A stretch of DNA of 64,000 nucleotides. It comes from an uncultured Actinomycetota bacterium (GTDB taxonomy: Bacteria > Actinomycetota > Thermoleophilia > Gaiellales > Gaiellaceae). Shown here one piece after another: positions 10,188 through 18,460 of the stretch (position 1 is its first letter; the number at the start of each line of letters is the position of its first letter). The translations under genes and the position numbers were made by a program. Where the stretch lies: the NCBI GenBank assembly GCA_963735535.1, contig CAVTLL010000005.1, positions 52,901 through 116,900 of the forward strand, written 5' to 3'. A model generated the notes under the pieces. It saw only the letters and a program-made list of their open reading frames with translations, did no database searches and was not told where the DNA came from.

Positions 10188-10729
10188 GAGTGCACGCGAT
10201 CGTCGAGGATGTCGACACGGCCCGGCGGGCGATCGAGGCCGGAGCCACCGTCGTCCAGTTGCGCCTGAAGGCGCCGACCGTGGACGTCGTGGCGCGCGGT
10301 CGAGGCCTTCGAGGGCTCGGCGCGACCTTCATCGTCAACGACGATGTCGACGCAGCGCTCGAGCTAGGAGCAGACGGAGTCCACCTCGGACAGTCGGACA
10401 CGGGCGCCGCCCGAGCCCGGCGGCGCGGTCTTCTCCTTGGCCGCTCGGCGACGAGCTACGACGAGGCTGTGTCCGCCGAGGCCGACTACCTCGGGGTCGG
10501 CCCGATCTGGGAGACACCGTCGAAATCCGACGCCACTTCGCCGCTGGGCCTCGAGGAGCTGGCCCGCATCTGCAAGGCGGTCGACGTGCCGGTTGTCGCG
10601 ATCGGTGGGATCGACGCCTCGAACGCGGCCGCATGCATCGAGGCGGGTGCATCCGGCGTCGCCGTGATCCGCGCGGCGATCGACCCCGCGGTGCGCGAGG
10701 CGGTGGATGAAGCTCTCGCAAATCGGTGA
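10184..10729 (+). CDS. thiE: thiamine-phosphate synthase
   Basis: 181-aa ORF, ThiE-like (VVQLRLK, HLGQSD, IGGI). 4-nt overlap with thiM. Confidence 0.85.
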   Translation: MRVHAIVEDVDTARRAIEAGATVVQLRLKAPTVDVVARGRGLRGLGATFIVNDDVDAALELGADGVHLGQSDTGAARARRRGLLLGRSATSYDEAVSAEADYLGVGPIWETPSKSDATSPLGLEELARICKAVDVPVVAIGGIDASNAAACIEAGASGVAVIRAAIDPAVREAVDEALANR

Positions 10730-11525
10730 GCTCGGCCTGCTCGCGGAGCTCGAGCGACGCGGTCTGATCGTCGGCGTCGAAAACGACGCGGCGTCGCTGT
10801 CCAACGGTTTCGTTATCACACAGGACTCGCTTGTCGAGAACGTCCATTTCCGGCTCGACTGGATCACCTGGCGCGATCTCGGATTCCGGGCTGCCGCGGT
10901 CAACTTGAGTGACCTGGCCGCCTCGGGGGCCGATCACGAAGGGCTGCTGGTCAGCCTTGCGCTCCCCGCCGCAACCCAACTGGAGGATGTGCTCGAGCTC
11001 TATGCGGGCATCGCAGAGACCGGCGCCCGCGTGGTCGGCGGCGATACGACTGCCGCCGAGGCCGTCATGCTGAGCGTGACCGCGATCGGCCGCTCCCCAC
11101 GTGTTCCCGGACGTTCGGGTGCGTCTCCCGGCGACACGCTGGTTGTCACGGGCCCGTTGGGCGCGGCCGGCGCTGCGTTCCGCCGCGAGGCCTACGTCCG
11201 CCCACCGATCCGCCTCGACCAGGGGAAGCAACTCGCCGCCCGGGCGCACGCGATGCTCGACATCTCCGACGGCCTTGCCGTGGATGTGGCCCACATCGCT
11301 ACGCGGTCGGGTGTTCGCTGCGTGATCGATCTCGACCGCGTGCCGCTGGCGCCCGGCGCGACGATCGACGATCTCGGCTTCGGCGAGGACTACGAGCTGC
11401 TTGCGGCCGTCCCGGACGCCCACTACTCCGGGGCGATCGGCCGGGTCGAAGCGGGCGAGGGCGTTGTCCTGCTCCTCGACGGCGCCCCGTACTCGCTGCC
11501 CGGGTGGGAGCACTTCGCTCCGTAG
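10707..11525 (+). CDS. thiL: thiamine-monophosphate kinase
   Basis: 272-aa ORF. N-terminal IGELGLLAEL, AIR-synthase-like fold motifs (DLAASGA, GGDT). Overlaps the thiE end. Confidence 0.8.
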   Translation: MKLSQIGELGLLAELERRGLIVGVENDAASLSNGFVITQDSLVENVHFRLDWITWRDLGFRAAAVNLSDLAASGADHEGLLVSLALPAATQLEDVLELYAGIAETGARVVGGDTTAAEAVMLSVTAIGRSPRVPGRSGASPGDTLVVTGPLGAAGAAFRREAYVRPPIRLDQGKQLAARAHAMLDISDGLAVDVAHIATRSGVRCVIDLDRVPLAPGATIDDLGFGEDYELLAAVPDAHYSGAIGRVEAGEGVVLLLDGAPYSLPGWEHFAP

Positions 11526-11646
11526 CGCTTTCCGGCCGCGCAGCGGTCTATGGGTGCCGGGCTGACCACCGTTGCGGGCATATCGCAGCTCTCCGGTCGG
11601 CCCGCTTCTCGCGGCCGGCCCGCGCCGGCGTCTGGATCAGGTCGCC

Positions 11647-12168
11647 CTAGGAGCTCTCGGAGCGTTCGAACTCGAGCATCAGCTTCCGTAACAGGCCGTT
11701 CAGCTGGTGCTGCTCCGCCTTGGTCAGCGCGCTTGCGACGAGCTTCTCCTTGATCGCCTGGGTGTTGGTCGACTCGCGCCAGACCTCGTCGCCCGCCTCG
11801 GTCATCTCGACGCGGACGCCTCTGCGATCGGTGGGATCGCGGTGGCGCTGGACGAAACCGGCGTTCTCGAGCTGGTCGATCCGGTTCGTCATCGCGCCGC
11901 TCGACAGCTCCAGCATGGCCGAGAGCTCTCCCGGGGTCGAGGTGCGGCCCGGGGCGCGGCGGAGCTTGCACAGCGTGCTCCACTCGCCGTAGGAGAGGTC
12001 ATGGCTCTCGAGTGTCTCCTCCATCGCGAGCCGGAAGCGCCGCTCGAGTCCCTGGATGCGCTCGACGATGCCTTCGACGTCGAGGTCCAGGTCGGGTAGC
12101 TCCCCGCCGCAGAGATCCTCGAGCTTGGCGTCGATGTGGTCGGTTTCCGGCTTGGTCTGAGTTGTCAT
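11647..12168 (-). CDS. MarR family transcriptional regulator
   Basis: 173-aa ORF with a winged-helix core (GELSAMLELSSGAMTNRIDQLENAGFVQRHRDPTDRRGVRVEMT). Confidence 0.8.
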   Translation of the reverse strand: MTTQTKPETDHIDAKLEDLCGGELPDLDLDVEGIVERIQGLERRFRLAMEETLESHDLSYGEWSTLCKLRRAPGRTSTPGELSAMLELSSGAMTNRIDQLENAGFVQRHRDPTDRRGVRVEMTEAGDEVWRESTNTQAIKEKLVASALTKAEQHQLNGLLRKLMLEFERSESS

Positions 12169-12235
12169 ATCTCGATTATAATACTCTTGACGTCAAGAGA
12201 CAAGAGGTGTAGTATCTCGACATCAAGAGATTAGA
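12169..12235. promoter_or_regulatory. divergent promoter/operator region of the MarR gene
   Basis: AT-rich spacer. Perfect 16-bp palindrome CTCTTGACGTCAAGAG (12184..12199) and a related half-palindrome TCTCGACATCAAGAGA (12215..12230). Rightward TTGACG-17 nt-TAGTAT (12187..12215). Leftward TTGTCT-17 nt-TATAAT (12203..12175), with TATAAT 6 nt from the MarR ATG, so the mRNA is probably leaderless. Confidence 0.6.
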
Positions 12236-12264
12236 TCTGAAGAGAGATGCTGGAGGGAGGAATC

Positions 12265-12381
12265 ATGACAAGCCTTTGGACTGACCCGAGAGCGATGAAC
12301 ATGCTGATCGACGCCCGCGTCGAGCAGCTCCGCGGTGGACGGCCGCGGATTGTCAAAGTCCGGCTCCCGCGCCGCAACTGA
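12265..12381 (+). CDS. 38-aa hypothetical peptide (MTSLWTDPRAMNMLIDARVEQLRGGRPRIVKVRLPRRN)
   Basis: Not in the ORF track (under 60 aa). ATG preceded by GGAGGGAGG with a 4-nt spacer. Lies about 50 nt downstream of the near-consensus rightward promoter. Stop is 3 nt from the convergent stop of the next gene. No homology recognised. Confidence 0.4.
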   Translation: MTSLWTDPRAMNMLIDARVEQLRGGRPRIVKVRLPRRN

Positions 12382-12384
12382 GCG

Positions 12385-13605
12385 TTACGCGACCCAGAGC
12401 TTCCGCGAGAACGTCACGCAGGCGACGGCGCCGAGCGCCGTCAGCACACCGAAGATCGGCCCACGTTTCGCCGGCGCGTCTCGGAGGAGGGACGCGCCGG
12501 CGATGAACAGCGGGAAGTCGACGAGCAAGAAGCGCGGCATGCTCTGGAAGACCTCGCCGCCGTCGGTGACCGGCGCTACCGTGGCGATCACGAGCAGGCC
12601 TGACGAGTAGACCCCGAGAGCTGTTCCGAGACGCCGGAAGACGACAACCGTCAGGGCGATCGCGCCGAGCAGCAGCACGAAGTCGATCACGTTCTCGGTC
12701 GCGAGACTCGCGATGCTCGAGTCCGTCGGTACGCCCGCAAGCGTTCCGATTCCGTGGTAGGTCGCCTTCGCCGAGCGCCAGATCGCATCGAGCGGGCCGA
12801 GCGTGCTGACATGGCGTCCCCAGGTCTTCTGGGCGTGCAGGAACGCGAGCGAGTCGCCCACAGCGTGCCGGTAGTAAGCCGCGATCGCGACAAACGCCGC
12901 GAACGGAAGGGCGACGAGCGGCACCAGGGCGAGCACGCCTCGCTTGCGGGCGACAGGCCACGCAAGGATAAGCAGCGCGGGAATCAACGCGAGACCCAGG
13001 ACGCGCGTATCGACGGCGACAGCGGCCAGCAGCCCGGCGAGCCAGAAACGACCTGCGAAGCAGTACACGACGGCGCCCGCCGACGCGCCGAGGAAGAGGC
13101 CCTCCGAGTACGGCGCCGTGAAGACGAACGAGACGGGGTACAGGGCGAGCAGGATCGCCGTGTCACGCGCCACGATCTCGCCGGTGAGGCGCGAGGCGAT
13201 CCGGGTCGTGAAGTAGACGCCCACTGACGCCGCCGCCAGCGAGATCGCGACCGCCGCGACGACGTTCGATCGCGTGACCCATCCGCCGACGTGGACGAGG
13301 CCGGGATAGACGGGCATGACGGCTGCGAGATGGCGGTCGTAACCGTTGCGAGCGATCGCCAGGATGAGGTCGGCGTCCCAGTGCTCGAACGTATCGAAGA
13401 AGACGCTCGAGAGCCTGTCCCACGCAGGGAAGCCGGGCACACCGTTGCCTTGCTCCGGCACGCGCAGGACGGTGAAAGCCGTCAGCAGCATGAAGCCGAG
13501 CCTGATCACCGTGAAGGTGGCCCACGGGGGAAGCCGGTGGCTTTCCCCGGTCGGGTGGTCGCTGGGCCCGGCGGCGGGTGTCTCCGTGACCGGGCCTGCG
13601 GTCAA
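12385..13605 (-). CDS. polytopic membrane glycosyltransferase (PIG-V/mannosyltransferase-like)
   Basis: Many TM helices. FEHWDADLILAIARNGYD resembles the PIG-V-type mannosyltransferase motif. Start set at TTG 13605, overlapping the thioredoxin stop (TTGA). The upstream part of the 481-aa track ORF overlaps trx. Confidence 0.55.
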   Translation of the reverse strand: MTAGPVTETPAAGPSDHPTGESHRLPPWATFTVIRLGFMLLTAFTVLRVPEQGNGVPGFPAWDRLSSVFFDTFEHWDADLILAIARNGYDRHLAAVMPVYPGLVHVGGWVTRSNVVAAVAISLAAASVGVYFTTRIASRLTGEIVARDTAILLALYPVSFVFTAPYSEGLFLGASAGAVVYCFAGRFWLAGLLAAVAVDTRVLGLALIPALLILAWPVARKRGVLALVPLVALPFAAFVAIAAYYRHAVGDSLAFLHAQKTWGRHVSTLGPLDAIWRSAKATYHGIGTLAGVPTDSSIASLATENVIDFVLLLGAIALTVVVFRRLGTALGVYSSGLLVIATVAPVTDGGEVFQSMPRFLLVDFPLFIAGASLLRDAPAKRGPIFGVLTALGAVACVTFSRKLWVA

Positions 13606-13913
13606 AGATACGGCTCGAACGTCCGGCGAAAGTGTCCCGCCGAACGCGCGCCGATCACGGTCTCGGCGGGCGAACCCTCGGAGAACAGGATCACAGTGGG
13701 TATGGAGAGCACGTCGTAGCGCGAGGCGATGACCGGATTCTCGTCGATGTCGAGCTTGACGAACTCGATTCCCTCGCTCTCGCCCGCCAGCTCCTCGAGC
13801 GCCTTCGTGACTGCCCGACACGGGCCGCACCAGGGTGCCCAGAAGTCGACGGCAACCGGCCGACCGGCGTTCAAGACGTCCTGCTCGAAGCTCGAATCCG
13901 TCACGTCGCGCAT
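13602..13913 (-). CDS. trxA: thioredoxin
   Basis: WAPWCGPCR active site and thioredoxin fold. Start taken at the second ATG (13913) to avoid overlapping the upstream gene; 13949 is an alternative. Confidence 0.85.
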   Translation of the reverse strand: MRDVTDSSFEQDVLNAGRPVAVDFWAPWCGPCRAVTKALEELAGESEGIEFVKLDIDENPVIASRYDVLSIPTVILFSEGSPAETVIGARSAGHFRRTFEPYL

Positions 13914-13926
13914 CGGCAGGCCCAGG

Positions 13927-14646
13927 CTACAGGCGGCCGCCGAGCGCACGAAGCCGCAGAAGCGGAACCTGCCAGATCGCCTCGGCCACGATGGCCTTGC
14001 TCATCTTCGAGTGGCCGTGCTCGCGGTCGGTGAAGGAGATTGGCACCTCGACGACGTCGAAGCCCGCCCGTAGTACGCGATAGGTCGTCTCGATCTGAAA
14101 CGCGTAACCCTTCGAGCCGATCGCGTCGAGATCGATCGTCTCGAGCACCGCCGAGCGGAAGCACTTGAAGCCGCCCGTCAGGTCACGGAGCCGGCTCTGG
14201 AGCATCACCTGCGCATAGAGGTTTCCGCCGAGCGAGATGAAGCGGCGCATCGCGCCCCAGTTCGGGATCGCGCCGCCCGGCACGTAGCGTGAGCCGAGCA
14301 CCAGGTCGGCGCCGTCCTCGGCAGCGGCGATCAGGCTCGGAACCGCGGCGGGATCGTGAGAGAAATCGCAGTCCATCTCGAGAACGAGCTCCGCGCCCTC
14401 GGCGAGCGCCCGGCGGAAACCGGCGATGTAGGCGGGGCCGAGCCCCTCCTTCGCGGCGCGGTGGAGGACTCCGACATACGGAAGCTCGGCCGCGAGCCGG
14501 TCGGCCACCTCGCCCGTCCCATCAGGAGAGGCGTCGTCGACGACGAGCACGCGGTCACCCTCACGCAGGACCCCGCCGAGCGCCCGGACCATCGCCTCGA
14601 GGTTCTCGAGCTCGTTGTAGGTGGGCAGGCAGACGGTTGCTCGCAT
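13927..14646 (-). CDS. polyprenol-phosphate mannosyltransferase (GT2, Ppm1/DPM1-like)
   Basis: 239-aa ORF. PTYNELENL, VVDDASPDGT and GSRY motifs of dolichol/polyprenol-P-mannose synthases. Confidence 0.8.
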   Translation of the reverse strand: MRATVCLPTYNELENLEAMVRALGGVLREGDRVLVVDDASPDGTGEVADRLAAELPYVGVLHRAAKEGLGPAYIAGFRRALAEGAELVLEMDCDFSHDPAAVPSLIAAAEDGADLVLGSRYVPGGAIPNWGAMRRFISLGGNLYAQVMLQSRLRDLTGGFKCFRSAVLETIDLDAIGSKGYAFQIETTYRVLRAGFDVVEVPISFTDREHGHSKMSKAIVAEAIWQVPLLRLRALGGRL

Positions 14647-14693
14647 CGGTCGATCAAAGTGTTGCGAATCGGGCGGTACGTATCATCGGTAAC

Positions 14694-16433
14694 GTGGCCA
14701 GGGCGCAGGAGCATCATGTCGCGCTTCCGCGCAACGATGAGCTCGCCGCCCAATTCCAGCTTCTCGCAGACTTAATGGAGATCGAGGGCGCCGACGGCTT
14801 TCGCATCGCGGCGTACCGGCGGGCCGCGACCCGAATTCTCGAGACGGGTAGCTCCGTCGCGCAGCTCGCGCTCGACGGGAAGGCGAAGGAGCTGCAGGGG
14901 ATCGGAAAGACGATCGAGCAGAAGATCGTCGAGGTGGTCGACGACGGAGAAATACATGCGCTGACGAAGCGCAAGGCGGAGGTTCCTCCGGAGGTCGCGA
15001 GCTTCATGCATCTGCCCGGTCTCGGACCGAAGACGGCGCGGCGCCTCTGGAAGGAGCTCGGGATCACGACAGTGGACGCCCTCCGGGCGGCAGCTGAGGC
15101 GCAGCAGCTCCGCGGCCTCGCGGGGCTCGGGCCGAAGTCGGAGGAGAAGATCCTCGAAGAGCTCGGCAAGCCGCGCGCGGCGGAGGGCCCGAAGCGGGCT
15201 CTGCTCGGGTCGGTGCTGCCAAAGCTCCGCGCCGTCGAGGCGACCCTCGCCGCGCATCCGGCTGCAGTTCGCGTCTCGATCGCCGGGTCGGCGCGCCGCT
15301 ATCGCGACACTGTCCGCGACCTCGACCTGATCGCGACGGCGACCGATCCGGAGGCGTTGATCGACGCGTTCTGCGAGCTGCCGTGGGTGGTCGAGGTCGC
15401 GGCGAAGGGCGGTACGAAGGCGACCGTGATCAGCCAGGACGGCCTTCGCTTCGACCTGCGCGTCGTTCCGCCCGAGGTCTACGGCAATCTGCTGCAGCAC
15501 TTCACGGGGTCGAAGGAACACAACGTGGCGCTCCGGGAGGATGCGGTGCGCCGGGGGCTGTCGGTGTCGGAGTACGGCATCACGGAGGTCGAGAGCGGCA
15601 CGGTGCATACGTTCGAGACCGAGGAGGAGGTTTACTGGTTCCTCGACTACTCCTGGATCCCGCCTGAGCTGCGCGAGGGATCGGGCGAGCTCGACGCGGC
15701 CCGCCAGGGTGAACTGCCCGACCTGGTCGAGCTCGCCGACCTTCGCGGCGACCTCCACACACACACGACCTGGTCTGACGGCAAGGACACGCTCGAAGCG
15801 ATGGTCGCCGAGGCGATCACGCGCGGATACGAGTACTACGCGATCTGCGACCATTCACACCGGCTCCGCGACGGCCGCCTGGAGCAGCAGGCCCAGGCGA
15901 TCGATCGGCTGAACGCCCACACGCGGATCCAGCTGCTGAAGGGGATCGAGGCCAATATCCGCGTCGACGGGAGCGTCGATGTTGCCGACGAGGCGCTCGC
16001 GACGCTCGACTGGGTGGTTGCGTCGGTGCACTCGAGCTTCGACCGCGACCCGACGGGCCGTGTCCTCGCGGCGATGGAGAACCCGTATGTCGACTGCATC
16101 GGCCACCTTACGGGCAGGAAGATCGGCAAGCGCGACCCCTCTACGGTCGACGTGGAGCGCGTCATCGAGAAGGCGCTCGAGACGGGGACGTTCCTCGAGA
16201 TCAACTCGCAGCCCGACCGCCTCGACCTGAACGACGTCTACGCGCGGGCCGCGCGGGAGGCGGGCCTCAAGCTCGTGATCGACTCGGACGGTCACCAGAC
16301 TGCCGCGCTCGGTTACGTCGAGCTCGGGATCGGCCAGGCTCGCCGTGCCTGGCTGACGAAGGACGATGTGGTGAACACCCGGACCTGGAAGCAGATCGTG
16401 CGGCTGCGCAAGCGGCGTCCGATAACGCGATGA
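14694..16433 (+). CDS. polX: family X DNA polymerase with C-terminal PHP domain
   Basis: N-terminal helix-hairpin-helix region (LQGIGKTIEQKI, LPGLGPKTARRLW), Pol-beta-like core, PHP motif DLHTHTTWSDG...CDHSH. Start set at GTG 14694 because the longer track ORF from 14289 overlaps the ppm1-like gene. Confidence 0.85.
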   Translation: MARAQEHHVALPRNDELAAQFQLLADLMEIEGADGFRIAAYRRAATRILETGSSVAQLALDGKAKELQGIGKTIEQKIVEVVDDGEIHALTKRKAEVPPEVASFMHLPGLGPKTARRLWKELGITTVDALRAAAEAQQLRGLAGLGPKSEEKILEELGKPRAAEGPKRALLGSVLPKLRAVEATLAAHPAAVRVSIAGSARRYRDTVRDLDLIATATDPEALIDAFCELPWVVEVAAKGGTKATVISQDGLRFDLRVVPPEVYGNLLQHFTGSKEHNVALREDAVRRGLSVSEYGITEVESGTVHTFETEEEVYWFLDYSWIPPELREGSGELDAARQGELPDLVELADLRGDLHTHTTWSDGKDTLEAMVAEAITRGYEYYAICDHSHRLRDGRLEQQAQAIDRLNAHTRIQLLKGIEANIRVDGSVDVADEALATLDWVVASVHSSFDRDPTGRVLAAMENPYVDCIGHLTGRKIGKRDPSTVDVERVIEKALETGTFLEINSQPDRLDLNDVYARAAREAGLKLVIDSDGHQTAALGYVELGIGQARRAWLTKDDVVNTRTWKQIVRLRKRRPITR

Positions 16434-16503
16434 AATCCCTGCTCAGAGGGGTGCGTGATGTAACGGTACATCTACATCACTTGGCTCCCGGAAGCCGCGC
16501 ACG

Positions 16504-17790
16504 GTGACGTTTCGCGACGATCTCGCGGCCGCGTCGGAGTGGGCTGCTTCGTATCTCGAGACGATGGGCGAGCGGCCCGTGATGGCCCGGGTCGAGCCTG
16601 GCGAGATCCGTGCGAGGCTGCCGGCATCTCCGCCGGAGACGGCCGAGCCCTTCGCGGACGTCCTGCGCGACTTCGACGAGCTGATCGTTCCGGGGCTGAC
16701 GCTCTGGAACCATCCGCGGTTCTTTGCATTCTTCGCGAACACGGGCTCGGAAGCGGGGATCCTGGCGGAGCTGCTGATCGCCACGTTGAACGTCAACGCG
16801 ATGGGGTGGGCCACCTCACCGGCGGCGACCGAGCTGGAGGAGCTGACGCTCGACTGGCTGGCGCAGCTGCTTGGTCTCCCATCGGGGTGGCACGGGCATA
16901 TCGAGGACACGGCCTCGACCTCGACGATCACCGCGCTCGCGGGCGCGCGCGAGCTGCGACCCGGCGGGGCCGTGTACGCATCCGAGCACGCGAACTTCGC
17001 GATCGAGAAGGCGGTGCGGCTGCTCGGGCTCGAGTACCGGAAGGTCCCTCTCGACGACGAGTTCAGGATGCTCACCGACTTCCCGCTCGACGATGCGACC
17101 GCAATCGTCGCGACCGTCGGCACCACGAACACCACGTCCGTCGACCCCGTGCGGGAGCTGGCCGGGCGCTGCGCCGAGGCGGGGGTATGGCTGCATGTCG
17201 ATGCCGCCTATGCGGGCTCGGCGTGCGTGTGCCCGGAGTTCCGCTGGTGCTTCGACGGCGTCGAGCTCGCCGACTCGGTGGTCGTGAATCCGCACAAGTG
17301 GCTGTTCACGCCGGTCGACTGCTCGACGCTCTGGACGCGGCGACCGGAGGCGCTTCGCGCAGCTTTTTCGGCCCGGGCCGACTACATGGCCGGGACCGAG
17401 GGGGTCGTCGACTTCCGCAACTACACGCCGGTGCTCGGCCGCCGGTTCCGGGCGCTCAAGCTCTGGGCGGTGCTCCGTTGCTTCGGCCGTGAGGGTCTGC
17501 AGGCGCTGATCCGCGAGCACGTTCGTCTTGCGACCCTCTTCGAGGAGTGGGTTCGCGCCGAGCCGGCTTGGGAGGTCTCGGCGCCGCGTCTCTTCTCGAC
17601 GGTCTGCTTCCGTCACCTCGAGGCCGACAACGACGAGATCGTCCGCCGCGCGAACGAGGGCGGCAGGATCTTCATCGCCCCGACGAAGCTGCGCGGTGAG
17701 ACGGTGCTCAGGCTTGCGATCGGCAACGGCTGGACGAGCGAGGAAGACGTCCGCATCGCGTGGGAGGTGCTGCGCGAATGCGCGCAGTGA
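16504..17790 (+). CDS. PLP-dependent group II (aromatic-amino-acid-type) decarboxylase
   Basis: 428-aa ORF. WNHPRFFAFF and the PLP-lysine motif NPHKWLFTPVDCS. Confidence 0.8.
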   Translation: MTFRDDLAAASEWAASYLETMGERPVMARVEPGEIRARLPASPPETAEPFADVLRDFDELIVPGLTLWNHPRFFAFFANTGSEAGILAELLIATLNVNAMGWATSPAATELEELTLDWLAQLLGLPSGWHGHIEDTASTSTITALAGARELRPGGAVYASEHANFAIEKAVRLLGLEYRKVPLDDEFRMLTDFPLDDATAIVATVGTTNTTSVDPVRELAGRCAEAGVWLHVDAAYAGSACVCPEFRWCFDGVELADSVVVNPHKWLFTPVDCSTLWTRRPEALRAAFSARADYMAGTEGVVDFRNYTPVLGRRFRALKLWAVLRCFGREGLQALIREHVRLATLFEEWVRAEPAWEVSAPRLFSTVCFRHLEADNDEIVRRANEGGRIFIAPTKLRGETVLRLAIGNGWTSEEDVRIAWEVLRECAQ

Positions 17791-18419
17791 TCTTCGATCT
17801 GTGGGATACGCTCGCCGACTGGCCGCTTGCCGAGTCGATGCAGCTCAGAGATCGGATCGCGGCGCTCCTTGCCCTGCCTGCCGACGAGTTCGCGGAGCGA
17901 TGGCGCGCGACCTACCGCGTCTCCCAGACCGGGCCGCTCGCAGATGCGTTTCGCGGGCTCGGTGTGCCCGAGGCCGAGCTCGACGCCCATGTCGACGCCT
18001 GGCACGCGCTCGGTCGGAGCGGCCTCCGTCCTCGCGCCGGCGCGACGCAAGCGCTCGCCGAGCTTCGCCTCCGTGGCGTGAAGACCGCCGTGATGTCGGT
18101 GTGCTCGGAGGAGGTGCCCGCCGCGTGGCCGTCGACCGAGTTCGCCGGCCTCTTCGACGCGGAGACGTTCTCCTCCGACTGCGGGCTGATGAAGCCGGAC
18201 CCCGAGATCTACCTCCACACCGCACGGGCGCTCGAGGCGGAGCCGGTCGATTGCCTTTTCGTCGGCGACGGAGCGAACGACGAGCTCGCCGGTGCGAGCC
18301 GTGTCGGGATGACGCCCGTGCTCTACCTTCCCGAAGGTGCCACCTCGCCGTGGTCGAACGTTCAAGGGTGGGACGGACTCCGCGTGACGTCGTACCAACA
18401 GGTTCTGGAGCTCTGCTGA
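17778..18419 (+). CDS. HAD-superfamily hydrolase
   Basis: MRAVIFDLWDTLADW (HAD motif I), later VGDGANDEL. ATG 17778 overlaps the end of the decarboxylase gene. Confidence 0.7.
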   Translation: MRAVIFDLWDTLADWPLAESMQLRDRIAALLALPADEFAERWRATYRVSQTGPLADAFRGLGVPEAELDAHVDAWHALGRSGLRPRAGATQALAELRLRGVKTAVMSVCSEEVPAAWPSTEFAGLFDAETFSSDCGLMKPDPEIYLHTARALEAEPVDCLFVGDGANDELAGASRVGMTPVLYLPEGATSPWSNVQGWDGLRVTSYQQVLELC

Positions 18420-18460
18420 AATCATGCCGTGGCCGGCGCCGCGGCTTTAATAGCGGCGTC

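Noticed and set aside
14289-14693. 135-aa N-terminal extension of the PolX ORF.
   Set aside because: It overlaps the ppm1-like gene and is Arg/Pro-rich. PolX homology begins only after GTG 14694.
17528-18460. 311-aa N-terminal extension of the M23 peptidase ORF.
   Set aside because: It overlaps the decarboxylase and HAD genes and has junk composition. A proper signal peptide begins at ATG 18461.
18420-18460. c-di-AMP (ydaO-type) riboswitch, often found upstream of actinobacterial cell-wall hydrolases.
   Set aside because: The intergenic space is only 41 nt, too short for the element, and no conserved motif is present.
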